Origin: Planctomycetaceae bacterium | Lineage (GTDB): Bacteria; Actinomycetota; UBA4738; HRBIN12 | NCBI GenBank assembly: GCA_050257835.1 | Contig: JBLMXP010000035.1 | Location: 1-40,277, forward strand | Direction of reading: 5' to 3' | Length of the DNA: 40,277 bases | Shown here: positions 8,883 to 18,161 of the stretch, piece by piece | Position numbering within the stretch: position 1 is the stretch's first letter | How the letters are laid out: each line of letters opens with the position of its first letter | Translations under genes and position numbers: made by a program | Notes under the pieces: generated by a model | Database searches by the model: none | What the model was told of the DNA's origin: nothing | Seen by the model: the letters and a program-made list of their open reading frames with translations, nothing else

Positions 8883-9883
8883 CAGCAGGCCGAGGCGGGG
8901 AGCTCGCCGGCGACCGAGCCCGACACGGGCAGCGGCGACTGCAGCAGGCCGAGGATCGCGCCGATCGACGCGCCCGCGTCCTTGCCGGTCCGCGTGCCCC
9001 TGGCCGTCCACGAGTACGCGACCGCCCCACACGGGTACTGGAGCTTGCGCAGGGCCTTCACGCCTCCCGCCGGCACCGGGGTCCCCTCGGCGTCGTAGGC
9101 CTGGATCACGAGGGCGGTCGAGTTCGCGTCGGTCGTGCGGTAGCCCCACGTGTAGCCCCAGCCGCCGTACGTCGCGTCGCGGAGCGACGGGAAGAACCGC
9201 TTCGTCGGGTCCTTCGCCGGGGTTGCCCCGACCGCGGCCAGGGCCATCGCCGCGTATGCGGTGGTGTTCGTGTCGGACAGGTAGTAGTCGGTGCCCTTGG
9301 GCGCCTTGCAGTGCGGGCCGTCGTTCGCGCCGGCCGGGCGGTCGTACTGCCAGCCGCCGTCGCCGCACTGCGCCTTGACCAGCCACCTGACGGCCTTCGG
9401 GGTCACCATCCCGGGCGCGTCGGCCTGGATCGCGAGGATCCCGAGCGCCTGGTCGAGCACGGTCGCGTCCCCGTAGCGGCCGTTGAGCCGCTGGGTCTGC
9501 GCGATCCGGTCCAGCAGGTTCGCGCCCGCGAAGTGCTGCGGGTTCAGACCGTCGGCCTCGGCGGCCAGGGCCACCTTCGCCTTCAGGCCGATCGTGTCCA
9601 CGTTGCCCTTCTTCACCTGCCGGCGCAGGAACCCGATCGCGGCCTGGACCGGGCTCTGGCCCGCGCCGATCGCGACCCAGGATTGGACGGCGTCGGCGGT
9701 CGAGCCGATCGCCGAGAAGCCGGGGACCGCGCCGGTCGTCGGGTCCTGACGCGACGCGACGTAGGCCCCGGCCGCCGTGGCCCGCTGCCGGTCGGTGAGG
9801 GCGGCCGCGCTCGACGTGGTCGCCGCCGCGATGAGCGTCACGGCGACGACGACGGAGGCGGCCCCTCGGAGGGTCCGGTGCAT
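8882..9883 (-). CDS. secreted prenyltransferase/squalene-oxidase-repeat (alpha/alpha toroid) protein
   Basis: 333 aa with signal peptide MHRTLRGAASVVVAVTLIAAATTSSAAA. QW-type motifs LVKAQCGDGGWQY and ATYGGWGY are characteristic of the terpenoid-cyclase/prenyltransferase toroid fold. The RBS GGAAGGAG lies about 8 nt upstream of ATG 9883. Confidence 0.75.
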   Translation of the reverse strand: MHRTLRGAASVVVAVTLIAAATTSSAAALTDRQRATAAGAYVASRQDPTTGAVPGFSAIGSTADAVQSWVAIGAGQSPVQAAIGFLRRQVKKGNVDTIGLKAKVALAAEADGLNPQHFAGANLLDRIAQTQRLNGRYGDATVLDQALGILAIQADAPGMVTPKAVRWLVKAQCGDGGWQYDRPAGANDGPHCKAPKGTDYYLSDTNTTAYAAMALAAVGATPAKDPTKRFFPSLRDATYGGWGYTWGYRTTDANSTALVIQAYDAEGTPVPAGGVKALRKLQYPCGAVAYSWTARGTRTGKDAGASIGAILGLLQSPLPVSGSVAGELPASAC

Positions 9884-9999
9884 CGGTGCTCCTTCCCGGG
9901 CGTCCGCGCGCCCCGATCGGAACGTCGCCTCGGAGGGTCCGGTGCTGGCCCGGGAGCCGGCGCCGACCCTTGCCGCGAGGGTCCGTTCAGCCGCGCGTC

Positions 10000-10140
10000 G
10001 CGCAGGGCGGCCTGGCTCGCCCGCTCCGAGGGAGCGGACCTACAGTTGCGGGACAGCGCCGGACTCCGACCGGCTTCGCCTCCGCGACGCTCGACCGGAC
10101 GATAGCACCGCCCGGGGCGCAGAGGTTCCGTCCCTGCCGA
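10000..10140 (-). promoter_or_regulatory. cobalamin (B12) riboswitch aptamer
   Basis: Read on the minus strand:
- P1: GCAGGG (10137-10132) pairs with CCCTGC (10007-10002).
- Conserved core: GAAGCCGGTCGGAGTCCGGCGCTGTCCCGCAACTGTA (10077-10041). This matches the consensus GGGAA-CCGGTGnnAAnCCGGnGCnGnCCCGCnACTGTA.
- Hairpin: CCGCTCC-CTC-GGAGCGG (10037-10021).
- 3' element: GAGCCAGGCCGCC (10019-10007).

It sits in the 300-nt leader of the operon starting at 9883. Confidence 0.8.
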
Positions 10141-10183
10141 CCTGCGGTTCCCGTGCGCGGGCGGGCCCACCTAGACTCGGCGG

Positions 10184-13100
10184 GTGGACCTCGTCTGTCC
10201 CGCGTGCGGCACCGCGAACCCCCCGATGGCGCGCTTCTGCATGGCCTGTGGCGCGGCGCTCGTGCCCACGCGCCCTGCGGACGAGCGCCGGGTGGTGACG
10301 ATCTTGTTCGTGGACCTGGTGGGGTTCACGGAGCGCTCGGACAACGCCGACCCCGAGGACGTCCGACGCACCCTCGTCCCCTATCACGCGGGCGTGAAGG
10401 CGCAGCTCGAGCGGTTCGGCGGCGTGCTCGACAAGTTCATCGGGGACGGCGTGATGGGGGTGTTCGGCTCGCCGATCGCGCACGACGACGATCCCGTCCG
10501 CGGCGTGGAGGCCGCGCTCGCGATCCTCGAGCTGGTCGACACGCTCCGCCGCGACGATCCGGGGGTCGCGGTGCGCGTGGCGGTGAACACCGGCGAGGCG
10601 GTGGTCACGTTCGGGTCGGGCCCCCAGGTGGGGGAATCGGTCGCGGGCGACGTCGTGAACACGGCCTCGCGCCTGCAGGCGCTGGCGCCGCGCGACGGTG
10701 TCGTGGTGGGGGAGGCGACCGAGCGCGCCGTCCGCGATCGCTTCGAGCTCGAGGAGCTTCCCCTGGCGAGCGTCAAGGGCAAGGCCGAGCCCGTGCGCGT
10801 GTGGCGGGTGATCGGACGCGCGAGCGCTCCGCCGGCTGCGGAGGAGCCGACGGCGTTCGTCGGGCGCGAGCTCGAGCTCGGCGCGCTGCTGGAGGCCTAC
10901 CGCGACGCGGTGACGACGGGCTCGGCGCGCCTGGTCGTCGTCGTGGGCGAGCCGGGGGTCGGGAAGTCGCGCCTGCTCCGCGAGCTGGAGCGCCGGCTCA
11001 CGCGGGAGGATCCACCGCCTCGGTGGCTCGCCTCGCGGTGCCAGCCCTACGGCGAGGACGTCGCGTTCCGGCCTGCCGGACGGCTGGTGGAGGCGGCGCT
11101 GGGATTGGACGGGACCGAGGACGCGGCGACCCTGCATGCACGGCTGGAGGAGGCCCTGCGGGACACGGTCGCCTCGGCGCCGGTCCGCGGCGGGATCGCG
11201 CGACAGCTGGAGGCCCTCGTGCGGGGGACGGGCGCACGGGAGGAACCCGCCTCGATCCAGGACCTGGCCGCCGCCGCCGCCGCGCTCGTGTCGGCGGGTG
11301 GCCCCGCCGTGCTCGCGATCGAGGACGTGCACTGGGCGGATCCCGCGCTGCTGCACCTGCTCCGGGCGGGCACGACGGAGCTCCGTGACCGCCCCTGCCT
11401 GCTCGTCGCGACCGCCCGACCCACCGGGAAGCCGGCCTTCGCCGAGGCGATCGAGGTGCCGTTGTCTCCGCTGGGCGAGGCCGACACCCTCCGGCTCGTC
11501 GACGACCTGGCGTCGCGGGCCGGGTTCGCGGGCACCGAACGGCGTGCCCTCGCCGCGCGCTCGGAGGGCAACCCGCTGTTCGCGGTGGAGTTCGTGCGCG
11601 CCCTCGCGGAGCGAGCGGAGGCGGCGCGGTCGTCGATGCCGCTGCCCGACACGTTGCACTCGGTGATCGCCGCCCGGCTCGACGCCGTCCCCGCCGAGCT
11701 GCGTCCCGTGGTGCTCGACGCGGCCGTGCTGGGCCCCGAGCTCTGGCCGGCCGCGCTCGCGGCGCTCGGCGATGGCGACGCCGACGCCGCCGCCGCCGCG
11801 CTCGACGGTCTGGCCGCGCGCGGCGTGGTGACGGCGGGGGCCGCGGGCTGGTTCCGCGAAGGTCCCACGTACCGCTTCACCCACGCGTTGTTCCGGGAGG
11901 TCGCCTACGCGCGGCTCCCGCGCGCGGCGCGGGCGGGCAAGCACCTGCGGGCCGGGGAGTGGCTCGAGGAGGCGAGCGGCGACCGCGCCGTCGAGCGCGC
12001 GGACGCGATCGCGTTCCACTACGAGCAGGCGTGCCTGTTGGCAGAGGCCTCCCACGACGACGAGGTCGCCGAGGCGGCGCGGGAACCCGCCGCGCGGTGG
12101 CTGAACCGGGCCGGCCGGCAGGCTCGGTTGCTCGACGCGCTCGGCGCCTACGAGCGCCACGAGCGAGCGCTCCGCGTGGCGGCGCCGGGCTCGGTGGAGC
12201 GGGCGCGGGCGCTCGCGAACGGTGCGGCGATGGGCGCCCGCGCGGCGCGCCTGGAGGGCAAGGAGGCGCTCGCGCGGATCGAGGAGGCGCTCGCGATCGC
12301 GAGGGAGCGCGGCGAGGTCGAGCTCGAGGGGTGGACCCTCGTGCGCCAGTACAGCCAGATGGCGTTCATGGGCGAGGGGGCCGCCGCCGAGCACGTGCTG
12401 GAGGAGGCGATCGCGCTGCTCGAGACCTTGCCGCCGGGCACCTGGCTCGCCGAGGCCTACGCATACCGGGCCGAGGAGATGATGCTGGCCGGGCGCACCC
12501 AGGACTCGTTGCGGTGGGCGGAACGGGCGATCGAGGTCGCGACCACGGTGGGCTCGGACACGGTGATCATGGCGTTGCACCTGCGCGGCAACGCGCGGTG
12601 CGAGGCCGGCGACGAGGCTGGGCTCGGCGACCTTCGGGAGGCGTTGCGCCGTGCCGAGGGACTCGGCAGCGCGATGGACATCGTCTACTCGCTCATGTAC
12701 CTGGGCGAGTGGGCGTGGCTGCTCGAGACGCCCGCGGCAGGCCTGGTTCACATCGACGCGGCCCTCGATCTGTCGCGCCGCCGCGGGGTGACCCGACAGT
12801 CCTTCTGGGCGGCCGGTGGCTCGCTCGCGCCCCTGTTCGACGCCGGCCGCTGGGGCGAGCTGCTCGAGCGGGTCCAGATGCTGCGCGGTACCGAACCAGA
12901 GCTGATCGACCCGACGCTGTTCTGCGTCGCCGACATCTGGTGCACGAAGCTCGCGATCGCGCGCGACGACACGTCGATCGCGCCTTCCGGGGAGGAGCTG
13001 CTCGCGCGCGCCCGCGCGATCGCCGAGATGCACGTGGTGGCGCCGGGGTTGAACGCAGCCGCGTTGCTGGCCATGCGCGACGGGCGGTTCGAGGTCGCGC

Positions 13101-13504
13101 GCGCCCACCTGGAGGAGCTCGAGACCGTGACCGCGTCCGTGTCGTCGCCGACCTACCGAGAGGAGGTCGTCGCCGACGCCACCCGCGCGGCGCTCGTCCT
13201 CGGCGAGACCGGGCTCGCCGAACGGTTCGCCGCCGGCGAGGGCACCACCGCGCGAGCGCGGTGCACGTACGCGACGGCCCACGCCGCGGTCGCGGAGAAG
13301 AGGTCGGACGCGGATGCGCGCGCGAGGTGGGCTGAGGCCGCCGAGCGATGGCGCGCGTTCGGGACGGCCTACGAGGAGGCCTTGGCGCGCGACGGCGTCG
13401 CCCGGTGCCTGGCGCGGGAGGGCCGCGACGACGACGCGCGCGTCGAGCGCGAGGCGGCCGAGGCCTTGCTGGCCCCGCTCGGGGCGGTGCGTCCGGTCCT
13501 GTGA
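10184..13504 (+). CDS. zinc-ribbon / class III adenylate-guanylate cyclase / AAA(STAND-type) ATPase / TPR multidomain protein
   Basis: 1106 aa.
- GTG start at 10184 is needed to include CPACG...CMACG (zinc ribbon).
- Cyclase motifs: FVDLVGFT, KFIGDGVMGVFG, GDVVNTASRLQ.
- Walker A GEPGVGKS and Walker B-like LAIEDVHWAD.
- A long helical TPR-like C-terminus.
- TAGACT at 10172-10177, 6 nt upstream of the GTG, suggests a leaderless mRNA. Confidence 0.9.
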   Translation: MDLVCPACGTANPPMARFCMACGAALVPTRPADERRVVTILFVDLVGFTERSDNADPEDVRRTLVPYHAGVKAQLERFGGVLDKFIGDGVMGVFGSPIAHDDDPVRGVEAALAILELVDTLRRDDPGVAVRVAVNTGEAVVTFGSGPQVGESVAGDVVNTASRLQALAPRDGVVVGEATERAVRDRFELEELPLASVKGKAEPVRVWRVIGRASAPPAAEEPTAFVGRELELGALLEAYRDAVTTGSARLVVVVGEPGVGKSRLLRELERRLTREDPPPRWLASRCQPYGEDVAFRPAGRLVEAALGLDGTEDAATLHARLEEALRDTVASAPVRGGIARQLEALVRGTGAREEPASIQDLAAAAAALVSAGGPAVLAIEDVHWADPALLHLLRAGTTELRDRPCLLVATARPTGKPAFAEAIEVPLSPLGEADTLRLVDDLASRAGFAGTERRALAARSEGNPLFAVEFVRALAERAEAARSSMPLPDTLHSVIAARLDAVPAELRPVVLDAAVLGPELWPAALAALGDGDADAAAAALDGLAARGVVTAGAAGWFREGPTYRFTHALFREVAYARLPRAARAGKHLRAGEWLEEASGDRAVERADAIAFHYEQACLLAEASHDDEVAEAAREPAARWLNRAGRQARLLDALGAYERHERALRVAAPGSVERARALANGAAMGARAARLEGKEALARIEEALAIARERGEVELEGWTLVRQYSQMAFMGEGAAAEHVLEEAIALLETLPPGTWLAEAYAYRAEEMMLAGRTQDSLRWAERAIEVATTVGSDTVIMALHLRGNARCEAGDEAGLGDLREALRRAEGLGSAMDIVYSLMYLGEWAWLLETPAAGLVHIDAALDLSRRRGVTRQSFWAAGGSLAPLFDAGRWGELLERVQMLRGTEPELIDPTLFCVADIWCTKLAIARDDTSIAPSGEELLARARAIAEMHVVAPGLNAAALLAMRDGRFEVARAHLEELETVTASVSSPTYREEVVADATRAALVLGETGLAERFAAGEGTTARARCTYATAHAAVAEKRSDADARARWAEAAERWRAFGTAYEEALARDGVARCLAREGRDDDARVEREAAEALLAPLGAVRPVL

Positions 13505-13510
13505 CGCGGG

Positions 13511-14383
13511 TTACGGAGGGGGAGGCGGCATCGCGCCTCCGCCGGGCTCGGGTCCTTCGGTCCGAAGGAACCGCTCGATCTCGGCGGCGAGCTCGTCGCC
13601 CGAGGGGATCTCCTCGTCGCTCGCGTCCTCCAGGGTATGCAGGACCTCGCGGACGTCCTCGTCGGCCTCGACCGCGGCGTCGAGACGCTGACGTTGCTCG
13701 AGCGTGTCCGCTTCCAGGTCCCCGAGCGGGATCGTCACCCCCAGGTGCCGGCCGAGGTGCTGCAAGATCGCGACCGTACCGGCGGCGAACGGCCCGCCCA
13801 CGTAGTGCGGGACCTGCGCGAAGAACCCGACGGAGGGCACGCCGCCCGCGCCCACCGCATGCTCGACCGCCGACAAGCATGCGCTCGGCACGCGGAGCAG
13901 GCCGACCGGGCCCCGCGTCTCGGACTCGTGCAGGAGCCCGTCGCGCGACGCGGTCGCGAGCACGGGCACCGGGCGGGTGTGGGCGACGGCGGCCGGGATC
14001 GCCCCGAGGCTGATCCACTGGGTGACGCCCAGCCGACGGCAGAGCTCCAGGACGTCTGCCCCCAGTTCCTTCCAGCGGAAGTCGGGCTCGGCGCCGTGCA
14101 GGACCAACAGGTCGCGGCCGCCCAGGCGCGTGCGGTGCAGCTCGAGCGCCGGCCAGGTGAGCCGGACGATCGACCCGTCGACGATGTCGAGCGTGGGCCG
14201 GCGCGAGCGGTAGTCCCAGAGCACGTCCGCGTCGAACACCGCGATACGCGAGCCGTCGGCGCTCAGATGCTCCGCGGCGGCCGTCGCGGAGCCCGCGGCG
14301 TCGACCCAGCCGTCGAAGGCCGCCACGAGCACGGGGGCTTCGAGCGGCTCCACCGGCCAGCTCTCGGTTCGGTAAAGAGGCAT
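13511..14383 (-). CDS. PAC2 (proteasome assembly chaperone 2-like) family protein
   Basis: MPLYRTESWPVEPLEAPVLVAAFDGWVDAAGSA... and the acidic C-terminal tail are typical of actinobacterial PAC2 proteins. ATG 14383 is chosen because TATGCT (plus 14391-14396) sits 7 nt upstream. The alternative ATG 14395 lies inside that hexamer. Confidence 0.8.
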   Translation of the reverse strand: MPLYRTESWPVEPLEAPVLVAAFDGWVDAAGSATAAAEHLSADGSRIAVFDADVLWDYRSRRPTLDIVDGSIVRLTWPALELHRTRLGGRDLLVLHGAEPDFRWKELGADVLELCRRLGVTQWISLGAIPAAVAHTRPVPVLATASRDGLLHESETRGPVGLLRVPSACLSAVEHAVGAGGVPSVGFFAQVPHYVGGPFAAGTVAILQHLGRHLGVTIPLGDLEADTLEQRQRLDAAVEADEDVREVLHTLEDASDEEIPSGDELAAEIERFLRTEGPEPGGGAMPPPPP

Positions 14384-14423
14384 CGTCGCCAGCATAGTGG
14401 TGCGCCGCGATAGCCTCGGAGGC

Positions 14424-15385
<962 letters not shown>

Positions 15386-15389
<4 letters not shown>

Positions 15390-16141
15390 CCAGGCTGGTC
15401 GGCGCCGAGCTGCTCAAGGTCCGCACGACGCGGATGTGGATCGTGCTGCTCGGGGTCGGCGCCGCGATCGCTGCGCTGGGGGCGATCGCCCTGTTGGCCG
15501 TCGCGGGCTCGCCGGACGCCGCGCGCAGCGGATGGACCGGGGTGCACTCCGTCGCCGACGTGAAGACGATGATCGACAGCGGTGCGATCGCCGCGACCCT
15601 GGCGCTGATCCTCGGCGCGACGATCGCGACGACCGAGTTCCGCTACGGCACGGCGGGGATCACCTACCTCGCCACGCCGCGCCGGAGCAGGGTCCTCACG
15701 GCGAAGATGATCGCCGCCGTGCCGATCGGCGCGCTGTTCGGGCTCGTGGGCGGCGCGATGCCGCTGGTCGTGCTGCTGATCTGGTACGGCGCGACCGGCA
15801 GGTCCGTGCCGCTGGACGGCTCGGTCGCCGTCGAGATCGCGCAGATCGGTTTGCAGGCGACCTTCGCGGCGGTGATGGGCGTCGCGGTCGGCGCGGTGCT
15901 GCGGAGCCAGGTCGCGGCCATCATCGGGCTGCTCGTGTGGGTGCTCGTGGTGGAGTCGCTCGTGCAGGGGCTGCTCCCCGCGTGGATCAAGTGGTTCCCG
16001 TTCGGCGGCGTCGCGAACGCGTTCAGCTCGCAGACCAGCGCCGACCTGCTCGCGCGCCCGGCGGCGGCGGCGATGATGGTGGCCTACGTCGCGGTCGGGT
16101 GGGTCGCCGCCGCGTGGTTCGAAGCCCGTCGCGACGTGTGA
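15386..16141 (+). CDS. ABC-2 type transporter permease
   Basis: The hydrophobic 251-aa C-terminal part of track ORF 14930..16141 (VTRLVGAELLKVRTTRMWIVLL...) has about 6 TM segments. GTG 15386 forms a GTGA overlap with the ATPase stop. Confidence 0.8.
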
Positions 16142-16145
16142 GGTC

Positions 16146-16748
16146 TCAGCCCGAGGAGGCCGTTCGCGCGGCCTCGCACGCGCCACGGGTCGGCGGCGCG
16201 ACCTCGGGCAACCCCTTGGACGTGAGGGTCTGGGTCCGGTCGATCCCGTAGGTCGTGTAGCGGATCGGCACGCCAGGCAACCGGACCGGCTTCGCGCCGG
16301 CGTCGGCGGGAAGCAGGCCGCAGACCAGGTCGGGGTTGGTCGTGTAGACGATCAGCACGCCCACACCGACGCCGTGCGCGAGCGAGGTGTCCGAGAACGT
16401 CGTCGCCGCGTCGGGGTTCGTCGTGACGCCGCTGCCCAGCAACAGCTCGGTCGGGACGTAGGGGGCGCGAGCGGGGGCGTCGGTGGTTCCCAACCCCCGC
16501 AACGTCACGGTGAGCCGCCCGGTGTTGCGGATGTACGTGGCGACGTAGATCTTGCCGCCGGGCCGGTAGCGGGCGGGTCCGGCGGGGTCCGCCAGGCCCG
16601 CCGGCGCGTTGGCGCCCACCTTGACGGCTCCGAGCGCCAGCGGCGTCTGCGTCTGCACGAACGCGAACAGCCCGGCGCTCGCGAGCACGGCCAGCACCAC
16701 GAGCCACCCGATCGACTTCAGCACGACCCCGCCCTGTTCCCGTGCCAT
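16146..16748 (-). CDS. hypothetical N-terminally membrane-anchored protein
   Basis: MAREQGGVVLKSIGWLVVLAVLASAGLFAFV is a TM anchor, followed by a beta-rich extracytoplasmic region. ATG 16748 has TATGCT (plus 16755-16760) 6 nt upstream. No family recognised. Confidence 0.55.
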   Translation of the reverse strand: MAREQGGVVLKSIGWLVVLAVLASAGLFAFVQTQTPLALGAVKVGANAPAGLADPAGPARYRPGGKIYVATYIRNTGRLTVTLRGLGTTDAPARAPYVPTELLLGSGVTTNPDAATTFSDTSLAHGVGVGVLIVYTTNPDLVCGLLPADAGAKPVRLPGVPIRYTTYGIDRTQTLTSKGLPEVAPPTRGACEAARTASSG

Positions 16749-16788
16749 CGCCGGAGCATAGGCCCCCACGGCGCGGGTGGGCGGACCC

Positions 16789-17334
16789 TCAGAGCGCTTC
16801 GTCGAGGTCGAGCAGGACACGGCGCGCCGACGCCTCGTCGACCCAGAGGCGAAGGACCGTCTCGACCTCGGTGGGCTGTCCGGCGATCGCCACCGTGTGG
16901 CGTTCGTACCAGCGCTCCGCGTCGTGGCGGTGCGACGGATCGGGCTGCGCGTCGATGCACGACGGACACACGACGGTGGTCTGCTCGGTCCAGTCCTCTC
17001 CGCGCCAGCCGTTGGCGTCGAGCGCCGTCAGGAGCGCCGCGACGTCCGAAGTGTCGCGGCCCGCGACGTCGGCGAGCGTGGTCGGGATCCCCGAGTCTTC
17101 GATCCGCTCGGGGGCGGCCAGTACCTCGAACGGCGCGTCCTCGATCGCGATGTCCGCGACCGCCGTGGGGATCAGCCGCACCTCGTCGAGCCAGCGGAAG
17201 CCCGAGGCGGGTTCGGGGATGCTCACGAGGATGGCGCGGTCGGGCGCGGTCCGATGACCCCACACGACGTCGGCGCTCGGCAGGGCCACCAGGATCGCGT
17301 CGGGCGCCTCGCCGGCTGCGGAACCATCGCTCAC
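16789..17334 (-). CDS. hypothetical acidic protein with CxxC/His cluster
   Basis: 181 aa with coding-like composition. GTG 17334 forms a GTGA overlap with the CMD gene stop. It contains VVCPSCIDAQPDPSHRHDAERWYERH. No family recognised. Confidence 0.5.
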   Translation of the reverse strand: MSDGSAAGEAPDAILVALPSADVVWGHRTAPDRAILVSIPEPASGFRWLDEVRLIPTAVADIAIEDAPFEVLAAPERIEDSGIPTTLADVAGRDTSDVAALLTALDANGWRGEDWTEQTTVVCPSCIDAQPDPSHRHDAERWYERHTVAIAGQPTEVETVLRLWVDEASARRVLLDLDEAL

Positions 17335-17723
17335 GGCGCGCGCCCTTCGGCGGCGCCGGCGTCGCGCTCGCGCTCCGCCAGGACGCTCTTCAGCGTGCTC
17401 ATCGCGTTCATCGCCGGTGGGAACCCGGCGATCGTGGCGGTGAGCATGATCGCCTCGCGGAGCTCGTCGGGGCCGAGCCCGGCCTTGAGGGCGGCGCGCA
17501 GGTGCTGGGGGAGCTGCGACGAGCGCGACAGCGCGGTGAGCGCGACCACCGCCCCGAGCTCGCGGTCGCGGTCCGATAGCGCCGGGCGCGTGTAGAGGTC
17601 CCCGTAGACGAGCTCCACGATCGTGCGACCGAGGTCGCCCAGGCCCTCGACGGCGCGCAGCGCCTTCTCGTCGTGCACCTCGAGGAACCGCGTCCGCCCG
17701 CGTTCGTAGGTCTCGTCGTCCAT
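17331..17723 (-). CDS. carboxymuconolactone decarboxylase (CMD) family protein
   Basis: 130 aa. ...VYGDLYTRPALSDRDRELGAVVALTAL...HLRAALKAGLGPDELREAIMLTATIAGFPPAMNA fits the CMD/AhpD-like fold signature. TAGCGT (plus 17730-17735) lies 6 nt upstream of the ATG. Confidence 0.85.
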   Translation of the reverse strand: MDDETYERGRTRFLEVHDEKALRAVEGLGDLGRTIVELVYGDLYTRPALSDRDRELGAVVALTALSRSSQLPQHLRAALKAGLGPDELREAIMLTATIAGFPPAMNAMSTLKSVLAERERDAGAAEGRAP

Positions 17724-17819
17724 GGGCGCACGCTACCGCGTGGGTCGCGTGTCCGGCGCGATGGGCGTAGCCTCGGTGCTCTGCCGCCTGCGGAGGGCCG
17801 GCACAGAAGGAGGTAGCCG

Positions 17820-18137
17820 ATGGGCAGGTACCTGTTCAAGGTTTCCTACAGCGTGGAGGGCCTGAAGGGCATGATGAAGGAGGGTGCGGAGCAGCGCGCC
17901 GGCTTCATCGGCAAGGTGGCGGCCGACCTGGGCGGCTCGCTCGAGTCGTTCGACTTCGCGTTCGGCGAGACGGACCTGTTCGCGATCTGCGAGATCCCAG
18001 ACGACGAGACCGCCGCGGCGATGGCGATGGCGGTCGGCGCGTCGGGGGTCGGGAGCATCCAGACCGTGAAGCTGCTCACGCCGGCGCAGGTCGACAAGGC
18101 TCGCGAGATCCACACCAGTTACAGGCCTCCGGGCTAG
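17820..18137 (+). CDS. GYD domain-containing protein
   Basis: 105 aa. MGRYLFKVSYSVEGLKGMMKEGAEQRAGFIGKVAADLGGSLESFDFAFGETDLFAI matches the GYD family pattern. Strong RBS GAAGGAGG upstream. Confidence 0.85.
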   Translation: MGRYLFKVSYSVEGLKGMMKEGAEQRAGFIGKVAADLGGSLESFDFAFGETDLFAICEIPDDETAAAMAMAVGASGVGSIQTVKLLTPAQVDKAREIHTSYRPPG

Positions 18138-18161
18138 GAGGCCGGTGTCGCATACGCACGT

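Noticed and set aside
10040-13282. A 1080-aa ORF on the minus strand. Similar giant ORFs are 12693..15251 (-), 19526..21871 (-), 19591..21939 (+), 133..1515 (+), 7961..10105 (+), 6032..7450 (+) and 28152..29462 (-).
   Set aside because: Their translations are dominated by R/P/G/A runs with no motifs. Each lies antisense to, or out of frame with, a gene that has clear family signatures. This is the classic stop-codon-poor artefact of very high GC DNA.
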